The notes: generated by a model not told the origin, from the letters alone. A stretch of 64,000 nucleotides of DNA from Euryarchaeota archaeon UBA171 (GCA_002497295.1 DANO01000018.1:11909-75908), one strand, 5' to 3'. Counted from the first letter of the stretch, positions 29,305 through 39,249 are shown. Numbers and translations: made by a program.

Positions 29305-30390
29305 TTACTCGGAACCCGAAGAGAAGCTGTAGAATTCTGGTCTTTCAATCTCTGGCCTCAGTTCCGGCCTGACTAAGACTGTTCGAATACCCCACAAGTC
29401 CGTGAATACACGGTAGGCAGCTGTGGCATCAAGATAATCGACGCCAGATGATCCTCCCGTGCCTACCCTTCTCCCGATAATCCTCTCAACCATCCTTGCA
29501 TGAGCATGCCTCCATTTTACCATAGCCTCTTCAAGCTCCACAACAGCGTCAACAAGTGCTCTTGGCCAAGTTAAAAGGGGCAATTCTCGATACGATTCTA
29601 TGAATAAGAGCCCTGCTCTAAATCTATCCAACTTACCATCTGGAAGAAGAAAACTCCTCACTTGGATTCTAGCCCCTTCAAATCTACCTTTGATCGCCTC
29701 TGGAGGCATATCGCTAGATTGAAGCATAGCCGCCTCTTGATCTTTCGAATGCCTTTCGAATGCATCCAGGTGGTCGCTGACATATTTCGATACGACGTCC
29801 GAATCCCCCTCATCACCGGGATTAGAGCCCATAATCGGAGTTCTATGCACCCACGCCCTCACTACCTCATGTAGCGACGGCTTCTCACTGGCACGAATTA
29901 GACGATCAAGAGCATGTTTTTGAGTTGGATCTTTTTCTGCAATTTTCCTAAATTGAAGAAGCGGATCGAAATTAGAACCTCTCATTTCGGGCGTGAGTCC
30001 AAGAACAATTTCCAACTCCCTCATTTGATACGATTCAAAACCTGATGCCGTCCCCAATCCATCCCTGAATGCAAGAAAGCCCTGGGGTGTTAGAGTTTCA
30101 AGAACGCCCCACTGGTGGGCCATTAGTTGGAATATCTCAGTTATACGGCGCATCCCATGGACGCAGGATGGAATCGCCTCTTCTGGCACTGAGGAGGCTC
30201 CCAACTCATCCCGAACTCCCTCTAATTCTTTGATGACTTGCTTAAACCATAGCTCGAAGGTCTGATGGACTATGATGAAGTGCATTTCATCTCTTGAGAC
30301 TCCTCTTTCATCGCCCTGAAGCTGTAGTAAACGATCCAACTCGAGATAGGTCCCGTAGGTCCAATTGCCATCGGACTTGTCTCCGGCCAT
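29305..30390 (-). CDS. kynA: Tryptophan 2,3-dioxygenase
   Basis: Y..YL.LD.LL.LQ, EMHFIIVHQTFELWFKQ, FR..LG.ASGFES.Q.R, GTGGSSGVDYL. Confidence 0.93.
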   Translation of the reverse strand: MAGDKSDGNWTYGTYLELDRLLQLQGDERGVSRDEMHFIIVHQTFELWFKQVIKELEGVRDELGASSVPEEAIPSCVHGMRRITEIFQLMAHQWGVLETLTPQGFLAFRDGLGTASGFESYQMRELEIVLGLTPEMRGSNFDPLLQFRKIAEKDPTQKHALDRLIRASEKPSLHEVVRAWVHRTPIMGSNPGDEGDSDVVSKYVSDHLDAFERHSKDQEAAMLQSSDMPPEAIKGRFEGARIQVRSFLLPDGKLDRFRAGLLFIESYRELPLLTWPRALVDAVVELEEAMVKWRHAHARMVERIIGRRVGTGGSSGVDYLDATAAYRVFTDLWGIRTVLVRPELRPEIERPEFYSFSSGSE

Positions 30391-30484
30391 GGCTGTCGAG
30401 AGACGCTACACCTTATCAGTTGAGTCTGCCACCTACCGATCTATTTCGACCGAATCAACATACCATGGCATTCATATCCTCTCG

Positions 30485-31060
30485 ATGCAACCATATTATG
30501 TGATTTACATCCCAGATGCTATTCCTGTGTCTGAAGATCTCAATCTAAGAGCTGCCCGACTCGATGATGCGATTAAACTGTTCAGGGTCGTCAATAAAAA
30601 TAGAATATTTCTGAGAAAACATCTGCCCTGGCTCGATGATACAAATAGCATATCTGACGAGACTGACTTCATCCTCGATCAATCCGAGAAAGCCAATAGA
30701 ATGGAGGCCATGCTATTGCTGCTCGAATATAAGAATGAAATCGTGGGGACATTGAGCATAAATCGAATCGATCATGGGAATAGAACTGCGTGGATAGGAT
30801 ATTGGTTGGATCAAGATCATTGCGGAAATGGCTTGATGACTAGATCGGCAGGCGCATTGATAGATGTTCTACTGAATGCCTGCGCATTCCATCGAGTTGT
30901 GATAGAAGCAGGCATCGACAATCTGCCCTCCAGAGCGATACCGGAGAGGCTAGGTTTCCGAGAAGAAGGCGTGAGCGTCGAGAGAGAATGGCTCTACGAT
31001 CATTGGATTGATATTGTTCAATATGCAATAACTGCTAGAGAATGGAATATCATCCATTAA
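30485..31060 (+). CDS. RimJ/RimL-type GNAT acetyltransferase
   Basis: LRKHLPWL, IGYWL....GNGLMT, N.PSRAIPERLGF.EEG. Confidence 0.88.
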   Translation: MQPYYVIYIPDAIPVSEDLNLRAARLDDAIKLFRVVNKNRIFLRKHLPWLDDTNSISDETDFILDQSEKANRMEAMLLLLEYKNEIVGTLSINRIDHGNRTAWIGYWLDQDHCGNGLMTRSAGALIDVLLNACAFHRVVIEAGIDNLPSRAIPERLGFREEGVSVEREWLYDHWIDIVQYAITAREWNIIH

Positions 31061-33156
31061 GCCTTCAGAAGCCCGTGATCTATCAGATCACAATTTCCCG
31101 ACGGGAGTGCAGCAAGAACTTCGCCGTGATCAAGCCCTGTAGCTTTCGATATACGCCTTGCGATATCTTCTTTCTTTTCTTTTCCAGGGGTTATCTCCGC
31201 CCAACGACTGCATAAATTGCCAATTGCAGATACGGAGCCGGGTACAGGCATAGGAATGCCATTAACCGTCCCCAGTCCGATTGCCATTTTCAATACAAGA
31301 TCCCGGTGCCACCCCCTGGTGCCTCGTACCACGAATGAACCTCTGCCCAGTGATTCTCCACTTTCTGTGGCCTTGCTTACTTGAGCGGGCCGGACATGGA
31401 AGGCTGTCGCAGCTGCCGAACCAGCCCCCCATGCTCTTGACCAGCATGCTGCTAAAGCCGCCGCCTCTTCTTTCTCATCTTCTGAGAGCATCTGAAGGTC
31501 TTCAGGAGCCCCATTTATGGACTGTATGATCCTGAAATTACAAACTCCTTCTAAAGCAATATCGTCATCTTCCCCCAGTTCCAAACCATCCACTCTCTTG
31601 AGGGCGCATGAGGCTGCTCCATGGAGATCGGCATGAAGATATAGATCGCCTGTTGAAAGATGCCTTTTCACCACCGCATCGTTACCGCGGGCATCTCTCC
31701 CGCCCACCATCAACCTGCCCGGGCCCACAATGCCCCATCGATAGCGTTCAAACCAAAACCTCCTGGTTCTACGTACTGATACTATCTTACCCTTATTACG
31801 CTCTTTTTCAGCTTTAGAAGAAATCTTCTTTTGCTCACTTTCCGTCTTCTGTAGTGCCTTTCTGGCTCCTTCTGCCTTGGCCTTCAGCGTATGTGCTCGT
31901 TCAAAGTAATCTTGGGCACTCTGATGCACTGTGCCCTCTATCGAAATCAGTACCTCTTGACCAGGCTTCCCATCTGAATCAGGCATGAGTACCTTTGCGT
32001 TCTTACTGGCTGGGTCAATCTTTGAAATCCATTTTGAAACGGATGCCTGTTCCGATGTCAAAGACCATCCGACCTTGGATACTTGTTGTTCAATCTGAGA
32101 TCTTATCTCTTCAAGATGGACCCATTCTTCAAGCATGGACGAGCCCTTCTTCTGGAGTACCGAAGCCTCCTCCACGAATGACTCTATACCCTCTCGTTGT
32201 TGATTGGCTCTTCGAGCTAGCCTGTCATCGTCCCTGCCCCCTTCTTCTTCTAGCACCGCTTCTTCCACTCTTCTGGCCAGGGCTTTTGCATCATGTTCAC
32301 CGTAGATTGAGTCAATGGCTGCACACAGGGACTCGGCAGCCTCTCGAGCAAGACCCTCACCTGGTGAATGGGTGAATGGTGAGAACAACTTGTTTGAGGC
32401 CCCTTCACCTTCGGACCATATCGAACCTTCCCCTATCTTGTCAGACTCCTCCATAAGGGTTTGAATGGTCTCTATTAGCGAGGACCGCTCCTTATCGCCA
32501 AGATCCGGGATTGAAGATCGCGGGTCAATTTCTGAAATTCTACACACCAACTCTGCATATCTTCTCCCGAGATTCACTCTCCCAGCGAGGGTACGCTCCA
32601 AGTCGCGATCACCTTCTTTGAAAAGATCGGATAACCCCTTCTCATCAAGTGTGCGGGGATCTGTAGCGGAAGGAGGCGGCGAATAACGCTCTCCTCTTTT
32701 TAGCACCCTGCTTCTGTAGGCTGCACTGGTGAGTGGTTGGATGATGATATCTTCATCATCAATCAGAATCGCATTACCGTCTCTGAACATCTCGATAATA
32801 AGTGAAATTTTTCCCCGCCCATGCTCAAAATCAAGTCGAAGAACTCTGTCAAATCCTATCTGGAGAACTCCAATTAGTCGTGCATTTCCGAGATATTTTC
32901 TCAAAGTCATTGCAAACGAGGAAGGATTTTGGGGCATAGGGCGATCTCGTTCGGAAAGATAGACCCTCTTGCCCCTTACGATTACAAGATCAACCGGACT
33001 CGAGCCGCTTTTTTTCATTCTGAGTACGACCTGCTCATAATGCGGCTGATATGCCTTCTGAGCACGTGCGCCAACCAGTTGCTCAAGTTCGACGCGCACT
33101 CTCGCTACATCAAAGGCGGACATTGCAATTTCAGATACCATATTCGTCCCCCTCAC
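31057..33156 (-). CDS. rqcH: Ribosome rescue factor RqcH/Rqc2 (NEMF family)
   Basis: MSAFD, FAM.LRKYL, Q..FDR, WFERYRW, GGRDA..N, HADLHGA, QVSK...SGE.L.RGSF..RG. Confidence 0.9.
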   Translation of the reverse strand: MRGTNMVSEIAMSAFDVARVRVELEQLVGARAQKAYQPHYEQVVLRMKKSGSSPVDLVIVRGKRVYLSERDRPMPQNPSSFAMTLRKYLGNARLIGVLQIGFDRVLRLDFEHGRGKISLIIEMFRDGNAILIDDEDIIIQPLTSAAYRSRVLKRGERYSPPPSATDPRTLDEKGLSDLFKEGDRDLERTLAGRVNLGRRYAELVCRISEIDPRSSIPDLGDKERSSLIETIQTLMEESDKIGEGSIWSEGEGASNKLFSPFTHSPGEGLAREAAESLCAAIDSIYGEHDAKALARRVEEAVLEEEGGRDDDRLARRANQQREGIESFVEEASVLQKKGSSMLEEWVHLEEIRSQIEQQVSKVGWSLTSEQASVSKWISKIDPASKNAKVLMPDSDGKPGQEVLISIEGTVHQSAQDYFERAHTLKAKAEGARKALQKTESEQKKISSKAEKERNKGKIVSVRRTRRFWFERYRWGIVGPGRLMVGGRDARGNDAVVKRHLSTGDLYLHADLHGAASCALKRVDGLELGEDDDIALEGVCNFRIIQSINGAPEDLQMLSEDEKEEAAALAACWSRAWGAGSAAATAFHVRPAQVSKATESGESLGRGSFVVRGTRGWHRDLVLKMAIGLGTVNGIPMPVPGSVSAIGNLCSRWAEITPGKEKKEDIARRISKATGLDHGEVLAALPSGNCDLIDHGLLKA

Positions 33157-33163
33157 GCGGTCC

Positions 33164-34183
33164 CTATGGCCACCGAAGATGCTTCCGGTTGGATGAGCAA
33201 GTCACAACATACTCGCCCGACGGCCCTGGAAGCGCCTCTAATGCGCCGCCACATTCTGGACAAATTGCTTGTTCGGCCAACTCTTCAACCCAGGCCCGGC
33301 GAGTTTCCATCTCGTCACCTTCCTCCCTCAGTCTTCTGAGTATCCTTTTCACGGGATCTGAAGGATTCAATCCTCTTTCCTGCCAAGGATCGATTCCAAT
33401 CGGCATCATTCCCCGTGCTTCGTCTAGCTCAAAATCTCCTTCTAGCGGAACATTGCCACTTCGGGCAATCGGTCTAATCAGAACATATGCTCCGAAGAAG
33501 CCCCCTACGTGAGCTAGATGAGCAATCCCCGTTGACTGCCCCAGACTTTCCACTTCGTACATGGTATAGATTTCAAATCCTAACTTGATTAGAGTGATCA
33601 GCCATACCGGCCATGCTTTGATTAGAAACAGCAGAGGGAACTCGATTTCGTCTCTCGGCCAACCCGCCATGTACGCACCAAGCAGTCCGAATGCAGCGCC
33701 ACTCGCTCCCAAAGATGCCGTCGGATCTCCGATATGAGTCCCGACCCATGAGACGTTACCCGCTAGAAGCCCGACAAAGTAGATCGCCATCCATCTTTTA
33801 CCCCCCAGTCGCTGTTCAAGAGGAACACCGACTAGCGCTATAACGAGAATATTGCTAAGAACATGGAACCAATCAGCATGGAGCCAACCCGCAGTAATCC
33901 ATCTGTGAACCATACTAGGTTCGAAGGCAATAGCTGGTATCAACGAAAGAAATGCAATCGGCTCAAACGCTATTCCCAGTAAATCTACCCCGGCTTGGAA
34001 GAATGTAACTAGTAGTAGAGATAGAACAGTCGCAAGAGCAAGACTGACCCCTGAACGGACGGCATAGACATAGGGCCCGAATGCGAAAATCAAGAGAACA
34101 CTGAGCGTGACAAAGTCGCCCGGCGTCAAGTCGCCCCAGTATATCTCCACACTTCTCCCCGGATCAAGACGGTTGAAGCCCAT
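33164..34183 (-). CDS. Rhomboid intramembrane serine protease with C-terminal zinc-ribbon-like tail
   Basis: LHADWFHVLSN, GASG (catalytic Ser), AHLAHVGG (His); CPEC...C.....H tail. Confidence 0.88.
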   Translation of the reverse strand: MGFNRLDPGRSVEIYWGDLTPGDFVTLSVLLIFAFGPYVYAVRSGVSLALATVLSLLLVTFFQAGVDLLGIAFEPIAFLSLIPAIAFEPSMVHRWITAGWLHADWFHVLSNILVIALVGVPLEQRLGGKRWMAIYFVGLLAGNVSWVGTHIGDPTASLGASGAAFGLLGAYMAGWPRDEIEFPLLFLIKAWPVWLITLIKLGFEIYTMYEVESLGQSTGIAHLAHVGGFFGAYVLIRPIARSGNVPLEGDFELDEARGMMPIGIDPWQERGLNPSDPVKRILRRLREEGDEMETRRAWVEELAEQAICPECGGALEALPGPSGEYVVTCSSNRKHLRWP

Positions 34184-34212
34184 GAATAGCCCCTCCGGCC
34201 GTTTGCGGTGCA

Positions 34213-35640
34213 ATGAAAGGAACCTCCGCAGTGGGAGGGCATGTGTCGTACCCGGTGCTTCGCATCAAGGGGGCCACCGTGCTACGGGGTTCTCGGACTG
34301 TTGTGGAAGACATAGATCTCGATGTAATGTGTGGAGAAATACTGTGTCTAACAGGTCCAAATGGATCTGGAAAATCAACACTTTTGGAGACACTCGCAGG
34401 GTTGCATAGTCCGAGATCCGGCGAGGTGGTGGTGCCTCTCCCTGATCAGGAATCAATACCTATTCGAGACTCAAGAGGTAGGAGAACTCCAGTACCCGGT
34501 CTTTCCATCGCACTGCAAACCGATGGTGCATGCTTGGATGAAACGGTGTTTGAGAGACTCAAAACTGCTTCCATGGTCGCTGGAAAATCGCTTACCGATG
34601 AAACAATCTATGCTGCCATGGAAAAGTGGGCGTTGTCTCATAGGTCTGACGACAGACTTGCAGTTCTGTCCCAAGGATTGAGGAAAAGGGTGTCAATACT
34701 TGCTGCAATACTTCCCGCTATACAATCCAGTGAACCGAGAATTGTACTTCTAGACGAGCCAAGTGAAGGTCTCGACTCCGCATCCCGGGATCTACTTCGT
34801 GAATCGATTTTTTCTCTTAGAGAGAAAGGCCATTCAGTTGTCATAGCGACACATGACGATGCCATAACTGAAATTTCTGACAGGAAAGTCGACATATCTG
34901 CGAGGACGATATCGATATCCGGCTCGAATCATTCCGTTGATGACCCCCCGTTTAGAGATGCTGTCCCCATAAGCGGCGCAATATCAGCACTTGGTAGATG
35001 GATACTAGCTCTCGAGATGAGGAATCCAGTGGATACGGTCCAAAGAATAGTTCCAGCACTTCTAGCACTCTTCCTGCTTCGTTCGATAGGGTTGGATGCC
35101 ATCTCAGACGGAGCACCCTCGTCACTCGCATTTTACATCCTGGCTCCTGCATTAATTGCGATCCTCGTACGACCTGCACTCATCGACCGTCTCAAAGAGC
35201 GACGCTCCGGAGATTGGTGGCGAGCCCATCTTGGTCGTTCCATAAGGCCCCTTTCATCAATAGTCGGCTCACCATGGATATTGCCGATTCCATTGACCTA
35301 TCTTTCCTTTATCATTCTCTCAAACGGCTCATCTGATATCGACCCCTCTGCATATGCGTGGTTATGGCTCCCAGCACTTTCCATGTTGGACATAGGAGCT
35401 GCAGCAACTGCGATACATATGCTCGTGTCTGGGTTTGAACGAAGCACTGCAGTTGCAGCATCTCTGATGATGGCCATACTGATCTGGCCATTTCTTCTGC
35501 TGGTGGATGCTACAACCGAGATACTCTACCAAGGAATGTATTTTGACATTGGGTTCGATACGCCCTTGGGTCTGATCATATGCTCAAGTTTGATCGCTGC
35601 ATCAGTATGGGGTGCAGCCGTCATCATACCCGACGAATGA
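34213..35640 (+). CDS. Fused CcmA (ABC ATPase) and CcmB-like membrane domain
   Basis: GPNGSGKST, LSQGLRKR, LLDEP, ATHD followed in frame by about six TM helices; upstream of ccmC. Start may be GTG 34243. Confidence 0.7.
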   Translation: MKGTSAVGGHVSYPVLRIKGATVLRGSRTVVEDIDLDVMCGEILCLTGPNGSGKSTLLETLAGLHSPRSGEVVVPLPDQESIPIRDSRGRRTPVPGLSIALQTDGACLDETVFERLKTASMVAGKSLTDETIYAAMEKWALSHRSDDRLAVLSQGLRKRVSILAAILPAIQSSEPRIVLLDEPSEGLDSASRDLLRESIFSLREKGHSVVIATHDDAITEISDRKVDISARTISISGSNHSVDDPPFRDAVPISGAISALGRWILALEMRNPVDTVQRIVPALLALFLLRSIGLDAISDGAPSSLAFYILAPALIAILVRPALIDRLKERRSGDWWRAHLGRSIRPLSSIVGSPWILPIPLTYLSFIILSNGSSDIDPSAYAWLWLPALSMLDIGAAATAIHMLVSGFERSTAVAASLMMAILIWPFLLLVDATTEILYQGMYFDIGFDTPLGLIICSSLIAASVWGAAVIIPDE

Positions 35641-35679
35641 AGGCATTGATTCATTCATGATGGCTGCGACGGGAAACTC

Positions 35680-36396
35680 ATGGTACGCATTCCCACCCAG
35701 GCCATTGCCTTGTTGGCATTGGGATCCGGAGGCTTAGTTGCAACCATATTCCTCGGAATCACGTGGGCCCCTGACGTCAATCCGAGCCAGTGGAGGGCTC
35801 CTGCTGCATATCGGATAATATTCCTCCACGTGCCCTTTGCCTGGACATCTTTTCTTGCTTTCGGCATGCTTTTTTGGGGATCATTGAGATGGTACCTGCG
35901 CCGCACTGAACGTTCATGGAGGTTAGTTCAAACCGGATCCGATTTGGGACTTCTATTCGGTATTGGAGTCATAACTTCAGGACCAATATGGGGCATGGCT
36001 GAATGGGGCGTTCCCTGGGATTGGGCCGATCTACGGCTCAATACCTTCGCGCTGCTCACCGCTCTTGCACTGTTCATCGTCATGGCGAGGAGATCGCAAC
36101 CGGATCACGATTCAACAAGGGATACTATAGCTGCAGTGGGGTTATTCGGATTCATACTAGTTCCCATCACGGCAGTAGCAACGACTCTGTATCAGAAGAG
36201 ACATCCTGGAGTGGTAATCATAGAAAGCGAGGATTCTGGACTCGATCCGGCCATCCGTGCAGTGATGATGGTAGGATTCATTTCCATCACGCTCCTATTC
36301 ATCGGATTTACGATAATCTCTGACAAACTATATTCTGCAGAGGCTGAGATAGAATTGAACCTCAAGGCCCTCGATGAAATGAATGGGGGCGAGTGA
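35680..36396 (+). CDS. ccmC: Cytochrome c biogenesis protein CcmC
   Basis: YRIIFLHVP.AW, WWD motif GPIWG..EWGVPWDW.D.RL, downstream HP. Confidence 0.9.
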   Translation: MVRIPTQAIALLALGSGGLVATIFLGITWAPDVNPSQWRAPAAYRIIFLHVPFAWTSFLAFGMLFWGSLRWYLRRTERSWRLVQTGSDLGLLFGIGVITSGPIWGMAEWGVPWDWADLRLNTFALLTALALFIVMARRSQPDHDSTRDTIAAVGLFGFILVPITAVATTLYQKRHPGVVIIESEDSGLDPAIRAVMMVGFISITLLFIGFTIISDKLYSAEAEIELNLKALDEMNGGE

Positions 36397-36397
36397 A

Positions 36398-36556
36398 TTG
36401 ACAGGGGAGACACACCTCATTGTAGCATACGTCATCTTGATCGGCTCTCTCGCACTTTATGGGAATTGGTTGCGGTCGAGATACCGCAATATTGCAAATT
36501 CACGGGCCAGCACCCTTGAAGCCCGAACCCCCCACCCTCGTGATGGCGAGGACTGA
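36398..36556 (+). CDS. CcmD-like small membrane protein (52 aa; not in ORF track)
   Basis: TTG start 1 nt after the ccmC stop; MTGETHLIVAYVILIGSLALYGNWLRSRYRNIANSRASTLEARTPHPRDGED; stop overlaps the next ATG (TGATG). Confidence 0.7.
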   Translation: MTGETHLIVAYVILIGSLALYGNWLRSRYRNIANSRASTLEARTPHPRDGED

Positions 36557-37614
36557 TGGCACAGGAGTTCTGTATCGTCTGCGGGGCCCCTCCGCCAGTA
36601 TACGCTGGCCGACTTTGCGAGTCTTGCCTCCGAGATAGAACGCATCTATCCAAGATACCCGAACGTCTGCAGCAAGCGAGATGCTCGAAGTGCAGACTTC
36701 ACAACGTGGGGAAGAGTTGGAGCGATAATGACGATCTATCGATAGCAGAAATTAGGGTTCAGGACCATCTTGAGATTCTAGCTGAAGCAAAGGACGTTGA
36801 TGTCGGCCTCACCGTCGAGACAATTGACGATAGAACCTCCAGGATATCCATAGATGTCAGCGCAATGGTGCACGGCCTGTCATTCGATGACCAGCATACC
36901 GTCCTACTTCAGACAAGCGATACAATCTGTCAGACCTGCTCAAGAAAAGACGGTGCCTACTTCGAGGCAGAGTTCCAGATAAGGTCCGCGGGAAGGAGAC
37001 TGTCCAAGGATGAAATAGGCGTCATCCGAAATACGCTGAATGAGATGCTGGGAGAAGGAACCAATGACCCTCTTTTCTTCATTACGAAAGAGGGCCCTGT
37101 TCAAGGGGGATGGGATCTTCAGCTGGGCTCTAAATCAATGGCAAGAATGTGGGCGAGGAGACTAGCGAGCCGTTTTGGAGGCACCATTAAGGAAACTTCT
37201 ACTGTAATCGGCGTCAAAGATGGTGCAGAGGTAACACGTCTCACTGTTTCCTACAGGAAGCCCGCTTTCTCCATAGGAGACGTCCTCAGGCTAAAGGACA
37301 AACTCTGGATCGTCACCTCTTGGCAGAAAGATGGGCCCATCCTAGGTTCATTTTCCTCTAATCAAAGAAGCGGAAAGACGTGGAGGGACATGGAAAAATC
37401 ATCTGTGGTATGCTCAACTAGCGATCAGATACCCGTTCAGATACTCGATCGCGACGCATCCGCAGCAGAAGTCCTGATACCAGGCGATTGGAAGATGGCC
37501 ACCGTCGCCCTCCCGTTCGACTACGATGGAGAAAAGTCGATCCGTATTGGATTGATAGACCATCAATGGCTGGCAATCCCATATGCAGCGGGAGGAGGGC
37601 TCGGAGATGTCTGA
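36556..37614 (+). CDS. nmd3: NMD3 family ribosome biogenesis protein
   Basis: Four CxxC pairs, YFEA..QIR, GWDLQLGS, G.KDG....RLT. Confidence 0.88.
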   Translation: MAQEFCIVCGAPPPVYAGRLCESCLRDRTHLSKIPERLQQARCSKCRLHNVGKSWSDNDDLSIAEIRVQDHLEILAEAKDVDVGLTVETIDDRTSRISIDVSAMVHGLSFDDQHTVLLQTSDTICQTCSRKDGAYFEAEFQIRSAGRRLSKDEIGVIRNTLNEMLGEGTNDPLFFITKEGPVQGGWDLQLGSKSMARMWARRLASRFGGTIKETSTVIGVKDGAEVTRLTVSYRKPAFSIGDVLRLKDKLWIVTSWQKDGPILGSFSSNQRSGKTWRDMEKSSVVCSTSDQIPVQILDRDASAAEVLIPGDWKMATVALPFDYDGEKSIRIGLIDHQWLAIPYAAGGGLGDV

Positions 37615-38644
37615 CCCGATTGAACTTCTAGCGCAGCATGACAAGCAGGACATGGCGGGGTTCACCCGTGGTTTCGTAGACGATCTGGAAAACGCCTTTC
37701 AGAAGGATATCGGAATTATTGGCGATGATGACTGGGTCGGTGTCCTGTGTATCGGAATGGGCGGCTCAGGTGCGGGCGGGACGTTTCTAACATCCATCGC
37801 AGATAGGCAGGCAGGGCTTCCCGTACTCCATTGGAGGGACTACGGACTCCCATCTTGGTGGGGACCGGAATGGCTCATCATCGCAACCTCATATTCTGGG
37901 AATACAGAGGAGACCTTGGGTGGAGTATCAAAGGCCCTGGAAGAGGGAGGCAGCGTCATCGGAATATCCTCCGGGGGCAAACTGGAGGAGCTACTTTCAG
38001 ACAGAGAGGATGCAGTGCACATCGCAGTTCCCAGCGGCCAGATGCCGAGATCGGCCTTTGGCCATCTCATCGGCACCCAACTCTCCTTACTCTGGTCTAT
38101 GGGGCTCCTCCCGGCTCCGAAGGACGAAGATATCGGTGACATGATCGGCAGATTGAGACAACTCTCTTCGGATTGGGACCCATCGACAGGATCAACACTG
38201 GCATATGAGATTGCTAAATCGATTGGCGAGAACGGCATCGGCATAGTGTCTCCGAGCATAATAGGGTGCGCTGCTCGTAGATTTGTAAGCCAACTGAATG
38301 AGAATTCAAGTCTATTCGCCCGCTCCTCAGAGGTACCTGAGATGAACCACAATGAGATAATTCCGTGGACAGAGCGAGCATCGGAGAACCAAGCGCTAGT
38401 AATAATCCATTCCAGCCTCTCAAAAGATAGAACCTCATCGAGAATGAAGTGGTTCGAGGAGCACTCTGGCGACACAGCAAGAGTGATTCTGAATGCCACG
38501 GGAGAAACTCTTGTCGAGCAGTTGCTCGGCCTAGCGCACATCACTGATTGGATCAGCATAATGCTGGCGGTTTCTCGCGGCGTAGACCCGTCCGAGATGG
38601 CTGCTATTCCCTTGCTCAAGGCACATCTTGAAGAGATTCAGTAA
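37607..38644 (+). CDS. Bifunctional phosphoglucose/phosphomannose isomerase (SIS)
   Basis: GMGGSG, SYSGNTEET, SSGGKL, PRSA, QLNEN, PEMNHNEI. Confidence 0.9.
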   Translation: MSDPIELLAQHDKQDMAGFTRGFVDDLENAFQKDIGIIGDDDWVGVLCIGMGGSGAGGTFLTSIADRQAGLPVLHWRDYGLPSWWGPEWLIIATSYSGNTEETLGGVSKALEEGGSVIGISSGGKLEELLSDREDAVHIAVPSGQMPRSAFGHLIGTQLSLLWSMGLLPAPKDEDIGDMIGRLRQLSSDWDPSTGSTLAYEIAKSIGENGIGIVSPSIIGCAARRFVSQLNENSSLFARSSEVPEMNHNEIIPWTERASENQALVIIHSSLSKDRTSSRMKWFEEHSGDTARVILNATGETLVEQLLGLAHITDWISIMLAVSRGVDPSEMAAIPLLKAHLEEIQ

Positions 38645-39249
38645 ATCGGCCCCATCACCATTCTCGGGTCAGGATATTTGGCAAGCGCCTCTTCTCTGTG
38701 CGCAGGATCGACTACCCCTGGCATGTCATGGGTTCCAGGATCGGACCACGACAGCTGAAAGTGGACATGAGGGTCCCAGCCGCCATTCTCATGTTTATCG
38801 CCCATCCAGCAAATCACCTCGCCTCTCGATATCTTTTGCCCTACTTCTTTGCCAGCAATCGAATCTGAATTCAGATGCCCGTAAAGAGCCCATATAGGAC
38901 GGTCCCCGATGAAATGTTTGGTGATCAATACATTCCCATAATCTCCATCAGCTGGATTGTATCCAAAGTACGATACCACCCCTTGTTCAAATGCCATGCA
39001 AGGAGTCCCTACCGGACCTCCGATATCTATGCCAATGTGTAGGAATCTGCCATCAGAGAAGAGATCTGTAGAATACATGCCGGGCCGCAACTCGTCATAT
39101 CTGCCAATGTCAAATTCGAATTCAGAGGGCGCATATTCGCCTGTCGTAAAATCTCTTACTTCGTACTCTTCTGGGAGATTCACTATTGGATGATAATCGC
39201 CATGAAAAATATCAACCATGTATTCTCTGAGTGTGTCAATCTTCATCAA
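38638..39249 (-). CDS. M23 family metallopeptidase, no signal peptide
   Basis: HIGID (HxxxD), YGN, LYGHL, PHVHFQ (HxH). Confidence 0.88.
   Translation of the reverse strand: MMKIDTLREYMVDIFHGDYHPIVNLPEEYEVRDFTTGEYAPSEFEFDIGRYDELRPGMYSTDLFSDGRFLHIGIDIGGPVGTPCMAFEQGVVSYFGYNPADGDYGNVLITKHFIGDRPIWALYGHLNSDSIAGKEVGQKISRGEVICWMGDKHENGGWDPHVHFQLSWSDPGTHDMPGVVDPAHREEALAKYPDPRMVMGPIY

Noticed and set aside
36432..36653. Two short minus-strand ORFs between ccmC and nmd3
   Set aside because: The plus-strand CcmD-like ORF fits the operon geometry much better.
37840..38619. 259-aa antisense ORF
   Set aside because: Shadow of the PGI/PMI gene; no recognisable motifs.
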